This document shows, piece by piece, positions 11,601 to 23,100 of a stretch of DNA of 64,000 nt. Origin of the DNA: Eutreptiella sp. 'Long Island Sound 2002' (taxonomy: Eukaryota; Protista; Euglenida); the NCBI GenBank assembly GCA_964036045.1, contig OZ038378.1, positions 184,512,001 to 184,576,000 of the forward strand, in the 5' to 3' direction. The notes below the pieces were generated by a model that saw only the letters and a list, made by a program, of their open reading frames with translations, was not told the origin of the DNA and did no database searches. The position numbers and the translations under genes are program-made. Each line of letters starts with the position of its first letter. The stretch's first letter is position 1.

Positions 11601-14600
11601 CTGGTGGCGAGAACTGTGAGGAGCTAAGCCCAGTTTGCGGTCAGCCGACACTTTTTCTGGTGGTTGAAAGACCGTTTTCAGCAACAGTATGAGTCTCCAC
11701 AATTCGATCTCCGAATGCACAGTCCTGCGACGTACAGCACATGTGGAGGCATTGCGTGTTGTCCCCTGATCGCATTTTTGATCGTCGCAGGCACACGTGC
11801 ACGAAACTGGTCAAAAGGCGCACTTCTGAACACGGCTCAGAGATACCATTGCAGCAGGCATTCGACGATGAATTCAAGCAGAAATACATCGCCCGAGGTC
11901 CGTCAGCCTGCATGCAGTTGCCCGATCCAGTTTGGCTTGGATGTTTCTGCTGCAGTTGTTGTGTGCTTGGTGAGCTCCGATGTGACCGTGTAGGCATGGT
12001 GTGTGTGTGTGTATGCGCGCGCGCGCATGTGTGTATTTGTGTGTGGCCAGCGGACATTTTGGTATCTCTCACACAACAGGTTGCAAGAAAAAGTTTCCGT
12101 TAGTTTTTGTTAGCTTGAGAAACACGTCCATGTACAGGTGCTGGTGCTGTCTAGACACGGCAGGGGTGTATACCAGTTGGTAGGTCATTCTCAGCCCAGA
12201 GTGCAGCCTGCATTCGAGTAACCGTAGCCTGTTCAGGGAGCTGATTGTCGTGAGAGTCACGTATTCGTGTTTTCTGTACTGTGAAAAGAAGTGGGACAAA
12301 AATTCTTTGTGCCAGATTGATGGCAATATTCTGGTTGTTGCTCCGTACCGAGATTCGGTGGAGAGATGGATGGTTGGCGGAGTATGCACATCCTTAGTTG
12401 CACGTGGCACCTGCACGGACTGTGTGACTGCGGTTACGCCTGTAAGCAATCATGCCTTACTAACAGCTGCACTGCCATGAGATTTTGCATGATTTGGAAT
12501 GAAGGGGGCAGGGGAACTGCACATACTCGGCCCTCCAACTCAACTGCACTGGAGTTTAAAGACTGGCCCGCCTTTTTGCACCCCTAACACCCCTGCACCC
12601 CTACAACACCCCTACAACCTACACCCTCCCAGAACCCCAGACACAACACAATGCAAAGCGACACGCAGCAACACGATGCGACGTGACACAACACTACATA
12701 GCCCACACTGTAGGCGTTATGATTAAAAGGGAAGGCTTCGTTGCATTATTGTTAACAAGAAAATGGACAGATGTGGCAGCCTGTATTCCTCGCGTTCAGG
12801 AAAGCTGCCACCTGTGAGGCAGGAGTTGGTGGAGCAACACAAATATCGGCATGAGGAGCATGAGATAAAGCAAAGCATGATTGTCTTGGAGAGTGAGGTC
12901 TGTCCATCCTCTACCGATTACTCACCCTATTCTGCTTTTCAACCCATCACTGCTGCTCCTTTGCTACCCTTCTCTCCAATCGTGGCTGTCATTTTTATCA
13001 TGTCCATCACCATACCAAAAGGGGCTTTAATTGGGCCCGGGGAAAGTTGATATGGACAAATTTCGAAGCCCTCCCTTGTACCAAATATTTCCTTCAATTT
13101 TAAGGATTCTTTGTGCCATATTGTGTCAGGGGGTGCCATAAGGACACTCACCCCCCCCCTTTTTTTTACTATGCCATCAACTCTCTGATGTTCAAATTCC
13201 GGCAGATCCTGATATAGCTTAGTTGGTAGTTGTACTAGCTTCTAATCCCAAGGGTCCTGGATTCAAACCCTGGTGTCTGCAATTTTTTGAGCTTCGCTTT
13301 TTTGGTCTTTTTTATGTCTGCCTGTCTGCATCTTTGCATGTGCATGCACCCCCAGGACATAGATGCTACGGGTCAGAGTAGGTGTAATGGCCACTGAGCC
13401 AGTGTACCCAGGAAGATTTTACAACCCCCCCCCCCCCTTTTCAACGGAATAGGGAGTTCCAGAAAGCAGCATTGGCACCAAGCTTGACACAAGATGGAAG
13501 ACAACCGGGAATTCAGATCAGTTCAGATTACACCAGAGCTTTGGTGGATGATGCATTAGATGATGAAATTAAATCATGCAAAGTTTCGGTGGCAGCCAGT
13601 TCTGGGTTGCACAAGTGGAGGTACTGGGGTCCAGAACCTGCCAAAAAACTACAAAAAATGCCGTTCTTTTGCTGGATGGAAGAGGTGTGTGGTGGGAGCC
13701 ATGAATAACAAAAAAGGCAAAGATATCAAGAAAAAGCAATATTTCCAGCAAAAGACGACAGAAAACAAGCCAAAACAAGGGGAATCCCCTTTTTTTTCCT
13801 TCAACAATAGCACTAGCCTGCCATTCACTGCCTCTGTAAATGGCGTTGATCTCTTCCTTCAGAACCGCAAAATGCGTGGTGCTCACAGACAACATGGAAC
13901 AAAAAATCCCAAACGTGTCAAGAAACACAGTTGAATGGGATAATTCAGCCTTTTGAGTGGCACCGCAGGATGGCCCATATCATAGTGTGGCTTAGGGACA
14001 GGCTGTATCAGAATGAATTTGATGAGCCACATGCATGGACAATTGCGGTGCCACATAGTGTGTCCCACTTCCAAAAAATGGAGAAATGTGAATGAGGATG
14101 CACCTTGAATTCTGTTACCACTGCCGCCCACATGTACCCAAGTGTCCCATCAGCCTGGTCCCAACATTCGGTTTTGACTGCGGTTGGAGTGATGGCACCT
14201 CAAGCCCCCCCATGACTCAAGCCACCTCATCAGGGGCTGGAAGCCCCCCCCCCCCTCCTTTTCTGCTGATGACCATGGCTATACATGGCTGCCCTACTCA
14301 TGAACCATTCAGGTAAGAGGCAACACACCCTGTAATCTAAATTCACTGCATGCTTGTTCACCAGGTGCAGACCTAGCTATACCTTGAACAATACATTGTG
14401 AAACTGGGATGGTCGCTGGATGAAGACACACAGTTAAGCCCGCAGTATCATGGTTCATCTTGCACAAGAGCAGAGACCTTGAACAACTGAGGTTAGAGTC
14501 TGGTGCAAGGCAACACATTTGGTCAAAGGTTACAAGATAGGTGAAAATTGTTACTAGAGCACCAACAAAAATGCAACCCTGGTACTTTTTTTTTGTTGTG

Positions 14601-17600
14601 ACCCGAGTAAACTTCTTTTTTGTTTTTTGGTGTATGGGCTTTGGGATTGAACAAAAGTGGTGGTTGTGTAGCTACCCATCTTTGCACTTGTGGAAGCCGA
14701 TCCTGTTCTTATGCCTCTGTGTGAAAGATTCATCAAAGAGGCTATGAGAATGCATTTCCTGTGGTGCACAGTTTAGGAAAGCTGAATGTTGTAGTTTGTG
14801 CGTTGTTTGAGCTCAACCTTTAAGCACGTGTGAATCATATTGAACTTGTTGTTGAGCGCTGGATGGGGCCAGACAGGGCGCTTAAAAAAAGTCGTTTGTT
14901 GCTCATGTGACTCTTGTTGAACTTGTTGCTGTGAACACTACTTAGCCCTTGATGGGGCAAAACAAGGTGCTCTATATATGCCGTTTCTTGCTCGTGTGAC
15001 TCTATTGAACTTGCATCCACACATTTGCATGTTAAGCGAGGGCTGCGGTAGCTGGGGCCATAGTCTTCACATTGATGCAGCAAAATTGTCAGAAGATCAA
15101 CATGCATTGTTTCTTAGTTATTATGTTTGTTTCTTGAACAGTCTGCAATAAATGTTTCTGTACCCCTGCGGCACGTGCGGCGCACAAAAGGCGTTCTCTA
15201 TGCGCATCAGCATTGCAAATTGTTCCAGCTAAGTCCTACACAGTGTCCAAGAGAATAATTGGATGGCAGATGTCCAGCTAGCACAAGAATTCACGGCCCA
15301 AATACCAACAGTGGCAAAATGCAATCCATGGCACAAAGAAACCAATGGTGGCCCCCTCAGTCATCACTGTTGATGAAATGTATTGCGACAGGGCCAACTT
15401 AGCTTGGCGCTGTCGCAATGCATTTCATATATATAGATAAATGTGGAGGGTATCGCTGAACCTCCTCTGAGGCAAAGGCGCAATATACCTGCAAAGCGAC
15501 CAGCTCATATGCTGCATATGCCTGCACATCCATAAATGGAAGACAAATGAATCAACCCGGGAGATCCTTCACTTTTACCCCCCCCTTTCCCTCCCCCAGT
15601 CCCTCATTCAGCGCACCATCACGACGAGTACCAGCTTGACCCCTCTGATGTGGTGTTTCCCCCCCGTAGTTACACCTCTGTGATGTGCCTGTGGAGCTGC
15701 TGCCTGTGCCCTCTCCAGCCTGATTCCATTCTCAGGTGCCTTCTTCCCTGATGGCATTTTGTGAAAAGGTCATCTTCAATGGCATACCCCAGGACGGTCC
15801 CATTGAGGAACCGACCTCCAAGTCTGATACTGCGAAGCTTCAAAAGGCAGCACGAGAACCCAAACAGGTACGTCTCTTCACTGGCACTGACATTGGAGCA
15901 CCGCTGCTGCAGAGAGGCAGATCAACAGCGCAGCAATAGGCCCTAGTTACAGCCCCGCACCTCATGATCGGCTGGGAGACTCGCGAAAGTTTCTTTGACT
16001 GCCCAGTGGAATAGAATTTCACAGTGGGAGTGCAAAATGAGGGTTTGTGGACCGTCTTTGGGCGGTTCCAACTTGATTGTAGGTATACAGTTTGCAGGCT
16101 CACTTTAAGGATGTCAGGGATGGTCCTCTTGGGGGGGAGGGGTATTAGAGTAGGATCTGACGGGATGGAGGGTCGTGTTGAGCGGGAGGAATGGGGGCGG
16201 GGGAGGGGGCGGACAAGAGAGAAAATGCTGCCAGTATGTGAGCTCTGCATGGTGCTGGTGTTGTCATTTATTGCCGCTGAACTGCTGATGCTCAGTAATG
16301 ATGCTCAGCTCGGTCAATGCCCAACCACAGGACACCTGCCTGGTTGCTATCTCCTTCCAACAGAAAGGTACCTAGGCTGGTGAAAAATTGTAAGTGTGGG
16401 GAGGGGGGGCTTTGGAGCCCCCCCAACAAAAGGGGGGGGGGGTTCGGGAAAAGGGGTCTCCAAGGGCAAAAAGGTTGTTTTGGGCAGTCAGAGTGCAGGC
16501 AAGAGACGAGGAGTATTGCATTTCCCATTCGGATGCATGTGTGTACGTTGTGTTGCATTGGCAGCATGGTACCTGTTGTTTGCTCCACCCCTCCCATACC
16601 TGGCTCTGAGAGATTAAAACACTCTTGTCAAAGTGGGTATGCAATACTGAGCCCTGAGTTGCCAAATTCATTGTGTCAACGAAGAATTGGCCTATGCCAT
16701 ACACAAAAGACACTCAGAGCAAGTGACCGTGCGACGATTCATCGTGTGAAAGGGGTCTGCCCTTGGAGCCCCCTCCAGGGGGAGGGGGTTGGGAAAAGGG
16801 GCTCCAATTGCCCCCGGCTCCACAGGTTCAATTTTTCCCATGCTTTATGGTCTTTCTTGGCCACTGACGAGCCATTTTTTTGTGCCAATGCTCTCTTGTA
16901 AGCAGTTTCCTCATCGAGGGGCAAGAGGGAGAGCGGAGACAACAGCGCAAGTGAGGGCAGGAATAGGCAGGGAGGAGGGTGGGTGGGCTGTTTGGATTTA
17001 GATTTGGGAGCCAACTGGTCACAGCCAGCAAGGCCCAGCTCCATGATTCGATTGGGCCCCATCTTCCAGCACAGTATTCCAGGCGTTCCGTGCTTTCTTC
17101 TCCTTGGGGCTGGCTTTGGCAAGGTGTTTACTGGGCGCAAGGCACTGTTTCTGTGATGTTTCGTGCCTTTGCGTGCATTGTTGCTCCTGCTCTCCATCTT
17201 TACTCCCTTCCTCCCTTTCTCACTTTTCTTTCTTTTTTCCTTTTGAGGAGGCTCACAGAGCATACAGGCTCACAGGGCCTCCTCAAAAGGAGATGGGATT
17301 GGACAGCCCATCCTCAACAATTGCTTCTGCAGGGGCTCCGAAGCAGCACATACCCTCCCTCCCCCTTTTCCTCCACAGCTGGTGGCAACCTGTTTGGCGA
17401 AGGTAAGTGGGTGCAAAGGTAAAGATGCAAGATGCGAAGTGGGAGGGGACCCAAGAACCCCAATTCGTTGGAGGGGACAACGTGGCACGAAGTAGCAAGC
17501 ACGTCTGCTCTGGCTGAGGGGACCATTCAAAAGATGGCAACACCTCTGGTTTTCTTGGACTGTGACCTTGGGTCCCTTCCCCTCGAGTCTTTGCCCCCCG

Positions 17601-19869
17601 CCATGTCGCACGTTTGCAGGAAAACAAAGAGGTATTTGGGTCCCCTTCTGTGGTCTTTAGGTCGCTCCTCGAGTCACAGACTGCGAGTGCCAACTGCCAG
17701 CAGCCTGCACCCGCACGCTTCTTTGGGCCTCCCTTGCAGTGTGGTGTCGGATGTGCAGCTGATGACCCCTGGGGCCAGATTGGCATGCACTACTAATGCT
17801 ATTGGTTAGTGATGAGTGAGCAGCAAAGGCTGTGGCTCAGGATGGCACAAGGACCACAATGTGGCCAGCAACTCCTCAGGCTGGGGACCTGCATGCCATC
17901 CACAGTTACAGAGCAATTCAAGGCTTCCAGGGTGTCCACCAACTCAGTGACACCTGGTGCAGTACAAAGCCCAAGCAGCAGCCAAGTCAATGGCCCCTCG
18001 GCAGGCAATTTGTGCACCGAAAACGGTGCTTATACACAACGCTAACGCCAACTCCAACTCCAACTCCCTCCTTCCCAACCGGTCTCGAACCCTCCCTTCC
18101 ACCTGCCCATCCGCCCGCCCTCTCTCCCTCCATCCCTCCTGCTCTTTCTGTTCATCCCTCCTATCTCACCCGGTATTCCCCGGTCAGTAAGGGACTGTCC
18201 GTGAATGAAGCCACTTACCAATTCTACTGCCAGAGTCCCTGAGTGCGAGCCGAGGCATAATTTGTGTGTATCAATGGTGCATATTTTGTAGACCGTTTAG
18301 TCCACATCCTCCTCCACAAAACAATTGCAGGCTGATGCCCAAACAATCTTGCAGCGCCAGGTGGTGACTGAAGAAGTATTGCAGAGCGCCAAGCTGGAGC
18401 ATTGCAAGGATTTGCTGCTGGAGTTGCAGAAACGGCCCAGAAAAACAGGAGATTATTTGGAATGGACCGAAGACAGATACGGGTATGCCTCAGTGCCTAC
18501 CTTATTGTCCACGGTGCTGTGCTGGGGGCTCCACAGATCTGAGTCCATATTGCGCTCCATCATGAGGCGGGCCTCGATAGGTGATGTGGTTACATTGCCC
18601 AGGGCCGGTAGCCAGGCTTGCGCTTGAAGGAGAGGAAGGCCTCAGGGTAGAGGTAGTGCAGCAAATGCTCATAAAGCCGGTTGACCACGGCATGGGAAAG
18701 CTGTTGTGCGCAGGATGGAATTGAATCGGCGTTCCGGAGACCGAGCGTCATCTCATGTACAGTCATGCGGCATTTTTTATGTTTCCCCTTCGGACATGCA
18801 AATGCAAAGCTCTCAGCAGAACTTGTGCTAGTGACACTGAGGCAAGTTCGGATGCACAAAAGTAGTTTACAGCCCCAAAATAGTCCATGGCGATGGGTGC
18901 TTGTGCCAGGCCCAGGTTTTGCAAACAATTGTCCAGTGCCACGCAATTTCGAGCAGGCAAGCAGAGGGATTTGGTCCCTATCATTCACACTCACAGTGTA
19001 GCAGTGTACCATGGTCATGTGGAATGGCTGAAGGACATGGGATACGTCTAGGCTCGATTTGTTGGAAACCGGGTATCAAAGCAAAAACCATTGAGTTTTG
19101 CCCTTCATGCCCGTTTTTACTCTCTAGCCCCAAAGAGAGCCAATAAGGCCACCCGAGATGTATGTAATGGTGGCAACTGTTTATCCCAAGTCGGTAGCAT
19201 ATCAACAATAAACCGGATCACCAATATCAGGGTGTCAGCACAAATTATCGGACGGGGGTTTGTAGAACAAACTCGACGCAAATCCAACAACAACACACCA
19301 CACCACGCAACAACACACCACAAATCAGACCACATTTTCACAATGACCGGGAATTGACCTAACCTATGACCTATGACCCATCCCCCCCCCCCCGCCCGGC
19401 CCGCCCTGGCAGGAACGGTATATCAAGGGCACTTGGTGGAGAGGCCATTGGGTACCGCTACCTGCAGAGGGAAAGGGCTCCACGAAATGACAATGGTAAG
19501 TGGCAAGAGGGCAACAGGCGCCGCCAGGTTCAGACAGCAATCCGCTCAGGCGTAATGCCCTCGCCCCCATACTTCCGAGGTATGCCGGGAGACTTCGTGC
19601 CGTACATGGTGAAGCTTGTCATGAAAAATTGGTTTAGAAATTCTGCTCAGGTGCCACAGGATGTGCTCCTTTTATGCAAATACCCCCAAAGCCCATCACA
19701 GTCACCGGCCACCATGCCAACTGCAACGCATGCCATTGTTTCGTCATGTCTCTCTACACACTGCCCTGCGGCATCTCACAGGGATGATGTTGATTGGGAC
19801 TGGTCATCCGAAGAGGAGGATGATGAGGCAGATTTTACAAGTTACCTTACCCGTCTCAGTGGGCCCTGA
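2654..19869 (+). CDS. Uncharacterised multi-exon protein-coding gene (partial model; conserved-looking helical domain followed by low-complexity regions)
   Basis: GT-AG bounded coding blocks: 2654-2698?, 2960-3035, 3128-3355 (DIFARTRTLIEELWAEIH...CERLRQ), 4040-4258 (VAMQF...LRKITCMVVQAIISW...PFIWHGIEYMVKMRADLAFLQ), 4915-5074 (GSPLIQFLGCSAENNPFLLP), 5334-5421, 7418-7690 (S/P-rich), 10564-10773, 10946-11027/11033, 11468-11632?, 15736-15867, 18331-18482, 19413-19650 (frame stays open to TGA at 19869). Phases agree from 2960 to 5421, 10564 to 11632 and 15736 to 19650. Junctions around 5421-10564 and the start codon are unresolved. Confidence 0.7.
3128..3355 (+). CDS. exon of uncharacterised gene 1
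   Basis: cgcag/gtctc boundaries; 76 codons, helical and charged; phase 0/0. Confidence 0.8.
3361..3990. repeat. Degenerate 12-bp minisatellite (catgccacccaa-like)
   Basis: Many units such as atgccacccaac, atgccgccaaac and atgccaccggac in the intron between exons 3355 and 4040. Confidence 0.8.
4040..4258 (+). CDS. exon of uncharacterised gene 1 (conserved-looking core)
   Basis: ctcag/gtccc boundaries; 73 codons including PFIWHGIEYMVKMRADLAFL. Confidence 0.8.
4370..4560. repeat. G/T-rich 5-bp low-complexity repeat (tggtt, gggtt, ggagt)
   Basis: Visible directly. Confidence 0.8.
5114..5300 (+). repeat. Interspersed repeat family D
   Basis: gcacctgt[a/g]agca...cccaaaaa...tgtggaca...aacccaaaccagtg is shared with 32130-32280, with a fragment at 33060-33090. 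Confidence 0.6.
6010..6290 (+). repeat. Interspersed repeat family B, copy 1
   Basis: Reverse complement of 8640-8825 (shared cccttcg[t/c]tcatcgttgg[c/g]atcatgtccatcacaa[g/c]ttgttcg). Confidence 0.8.
6507..6640 (+). repeat. Interspersed repeat family C (aaccgacggcggtt quasi-palindromic units)
   Basis: Colinear with 63465-63580; related units at ~5870-5900, 33555-33720 and 62620-62710. Confidence 0.7.
7920..8225. repeat. Degenerate ~29-bp minisatellite (agggtgct...tgtcggtt...)
   Basis: About 8-9 diverged units starting agggtgct, agggtgtt or agagtgct. Confidence 0.6.
8640..8825 (-). repeat. Interspersed repeat family B, copy 2 (inverted)
   Basis: See 6010-6290. Confidence 0.8.
9040..9300 (+). 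repeat. Interspersed repeat family A, copy 1 (continues after the MITE at 9934-9990)
   Basis: Shares ccaattttcaggtg...atgaagcacttatctttgaagaac...gatatggca...ggatttcatgtrccacat with 19900-20190 and 37890-38130. Confidence 0.8.
9310..9933. mobile_element. MITE (non-autonomous DNA transposon, Mutator-like) with ~110-125-bp TIRs and a 9-bp TSD
   Basis: TSD cttggattt at 9301-9309 and 9934-9942. Left end ggcccaccggatttaaccggacttgggttcggcg...aatccggtttaatccgtc is the imperfect reverse complement of the right end. An uninterrupted copy of the target repeat is at ~38040-38080. Confidence 0.85.
9465..9690. repeat. cacacaaggcgg minisatellite inside the MITE
   Basis: Repeated acacacaa(a)ggcgg units in two blocks, each ending gcggtct[g/a]tggccaccgcaggagtc. 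Confidence 0.8.
13208..13290 (+). ncRNA. Degenerate tRNA-Arg(UCU)-like sequence (SINE head or tRNA pseudogene)
   Basis: A-box-like TAGCTTAGTTGG, anticodon-loop-like CTTCTAA, variable-loop GGGTC, B-box-like GGATTCAAACCC, followed by a T6 run. The stems pair poorly, so this is not a functional tRNA. Confidence 0.55.
15736..15867 (+). CDS. exon of uncharacterised gene 1
   Basis: ttctcag/gtacg boundaries; VPSSLMAFCEKVIFNG...AAREPKQ. Confidence 0.65.
18331..18482 (+). CDS. exon of uncharacterised gene 1
   Basis: ttgcag/gtatg boundaries; ADAQTILQRQVVTEEVLQSAKLEHCKDLLLELQKRPRKTGDYLEWTEDRY. Confidence 0.7.
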
Positions 19870-19899
19870 AAACAGACGTGCGGATAAAGTGCATCCCAC

Positions 19900-20190
19900 T
19901 GTCCTGCATTGTGTCCCAGGCTTCAAAAGTATCTATCATATCTGTATCCAATTTTCAGGTGCTTGTATTACATCCGTCTCACAGCCTTTTCTGCTTGTAG
20001 CTCTCCGCGGTTTGTCCCCGCAGTCGCTTGCGGCTCTTTCCCAGACACCATGAAGCACTTATCTTGAAGAACTTTTGTGGATATGGCATGTGTCTCGTGG
20101 GGGATGGCCAAGATTATTCCCGGCTTTCATGTACCACATATGTGTCCCAAGCTTCACAAGTGTGTATCATGTGTGTACCCCCCCCCCCAA
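19900..20190 (+). repeat. Interspersed repeat family A, copy 2
   Basis: Colinear similarity to 9040-9300 plus 9934-9990. Confidence 0.8.
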
Positions 20191-23100
20191 AAAAAGTGTG
20201 GATCCTGTGCACGCAGTGATTTTATCCTCACGTCTGCCCTGAGATTCCCTGGGGCACCAGCATACCGCTCCAGGCATTCCGCAACTACAGCAACGGGGAT
20301 CGGGCACTGCAGGACCAATCGCCACGGATGGGGAGAGAGGGGATTTGCGGCTCGAGGAAGTGGCCCACAGAGCTGCGACTCGCAGTTGCACGCGTCCGCA
20401 CCGATTGCGCGAAGTGGACGCCACCCCAAAATACAGAACACCACATGAAGCGCCAAAAACTATCCAATCCCCCGAAAACTTTGGTTGGTCGGTTGGGGGG
20501 TTTTGGACGATTACCGTTCCCAAACACCGAACCCCTTACCCAAGCCCTGCCTGGGGGTTAGTGATCGAAACCTTGACCCTTCCTCCCCTTGCCATTGCTA
20601 CCATTCCTCTGGAATTGGCCGTTACGCTTAATCAAAGGGTCTGGGGCAAATCTTTTGCTCTTGTGCTGGCCCTTGGACACACCGGACTTTCCTCACAGCA
20701 GGGCTGTCGTTTCAGAATAAAAGGTTTCTGTCCTTTTTTATTTTCACTGAAGACGGCCGAGGGTATTGAGTGCACGTAGCGCACCGGAGGCAGGCTTTTT
20801 TTTTGGTATTAAGGACAGCCCTGTATTGGAGGGTTTCCTTTGTCGCATGTCATCCAGAATGGGTGCAGGCTTCATGCTGCAGTGGTCTTGACCGCAACAC
20901 CACCTGATTTTGGCTGCCCTGTACAGCTGCGGGAGCTGCGCTGTAGAGGTCTTCAAAACGATCGGATCATCAGCAGCAATCTTGGGGCAGTACGGGAAGG
21001 CAGTACCAGAGGTGTCCAGCGACTGTGTTGTATGGTGTATTCCCGCTGATCATCTTATCCTCGGTACCCTCCTGCCCTATTGTTGGTTTTCCTCCTGTGA
21101 GGACACTATCACAACCACACACCGGGAGAGCCCGCTGCGTTGTAGCATAAGCCTCCCCCCTTCATGCACAAGTGCCGAAAGGTCTCCATGTTGGGCCTTT
21201 GCTTACTGTGTGTGTGTGTGTGTTGGTGTGCATGTGCATGTGCATGTGCGTGTGCGCGCACGCTCCTATGGAAGTTGGCACAGGCAAGACCACCTCCATC
21301 ACCATGCGTTGTGTCCTCATTCTTTGGTGTCTCCGTTGCACTGTCATTCAACATAATACGGCAAATCCCGATTCTTTCAATTCCCGGTGGTTTTCCTAGA
21401 TGGTCAAGACCACCGTTTCACGGATATCTGCCATTTTTGCAGGTAGAAGGGCCACACAGCAAACAAGTGTCTCACCAACCTCAAATGCCAATGCCTTCAA
21501 ATCTCCACAAGATGATGCCAAAAAGTCCATCACCAATGTGAAAAAGATGCACAGCCAAAAGGATGGTTTGGTGCAGAAAATGACAAGGCTCATTACTTGG
21601 TAGCAACAGGTGGCCAAACCAGCCATCACACACAGGTTCAGCCCCCTGTGGCCGTCCAAGAAGATATGGGTAAAAAAAATGCATTCCATGGAGAGCAGGG
21701 CAATTCTCAAACTGGCATTTGAAGAGTGGGTGGGCTCGGAGTTTGCTCCCTTGAAGATAGTGGCTACAGAAGCCCTTTCTTGATCTACATTTGGTGAATA
21801 TGTGCAGTCACTTGAACTCATGAGTTTTGGGGGTGCAATTTTGGGGCAAGTGGAGGGCAATACTGTTTTGGCCCGAGCCCTCATTGACAGATGGGTGGCG
21901 AGTGTCCGGAAAGGTCATCATTTGCTGATCTTGACAAGGATCCCACTGTGCTAGCGGCAATGCAACCAAGAGGCAACACGCCCAAACTACCTCCCTTGGT
22001 GCGGAGATCGCTCACCCGTTTCTTGCAGTATTTGGGTGAGTTGGTACCCATGTCCTTCCTCCGTCTTTTTGTAAACTAGGTGAGCACGTGGCGAAAGAGA
22101 CACTAGCCAACGGTGGGACTGTGTGGTTGGTTGCACGGCTGCTTCCCCTCCTCTATCCCATGTACTACCAAAAGGCGCCTATCATCTTCCATACCATCGA
22201 ATTTTTCTAATTGGTCAGGAATTGGGCATGATTCGCGAATGAGCCACTGAGTGACTCTTGCTTGCCTGTCTTAGCCTGTTAGTGGTTGCTTTTCCTCATT
22301 TCTGTGTATGTCTGTGTGTATGTGTGTGGAGGGGGGGGGATTGCTCATAGTTGTTTTGCAGTATGTGCTGCCTTGAGAAAAGTTGAAAGCCGTGTCTGAG
22401 CCAGGGGTACCCATCCTGTCATCACCCTTCTGTTGCGCAAGAGACAGAGGGGGGCACTGAACTCGTAATGCTTGGCTTAGTGGGCAAATCTTTTGTGTTG
22501 TGGTCACAGGCACGATTTGACAATAGCGATGCATGCCAAATATTGCTTGCACTGCTCATAGCATTGAGCATATGTTGTGAGATGTCTTCGGATTGCGCAT
22601 GAAGTTGCACGCAACCACATGCACACATGCAGAGCTTGCGCAGCCTGCGCAGCTTGCAGGGCTAGTCACCAAGTCCGTGGCATTTATGCATGAACTTCCT
22701 GCAATGTTGTTGTGGCATGACTGCTAACCCGTGCTAACCAGGGCAGACATTTGATCGGCCAGCCATTGTACATATTGGGGTCTCTGAACGAGTCGCAGCA
22801 CCCCTCGCTGACACCAACCCGGTCTTTATGCTGGTGTGCACCCCCCGTGTATCCCAAGAACTCAAGGACTCTCGGACTAGAGGACTAAAGGACTATTGAA
22901 CCCGAAGATGACAGCGGGGTGCCATGGGAAGTTTGGGTTACAATGAGCCAAAGTCTGGGAACCCAGCGGTGTGTTGTGTGACGGGTGTGCATCCCATAAA
23001 TCCTTTTGGGTATCCACTGTTCATCGGACATTTTTTTTGCGTATCTCGGAGTGACTGGATACACACTGACATTTCGACGGCACCAACCTCAACCCCTCAT

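Noticed and set aside
13208-13281. Functional tRNA or amber (CUA) suppressor
   Set aside because: The acceptor, anticodon and T stems do not pair, and the loop fits Arg-UCU better than CUA.
13960-13985. WHRRMAHI, resembling the Copia GAG-pre-integrase motif
   Set aside because: There is no integrase, zinc finger or LTR context; probably a chance match.
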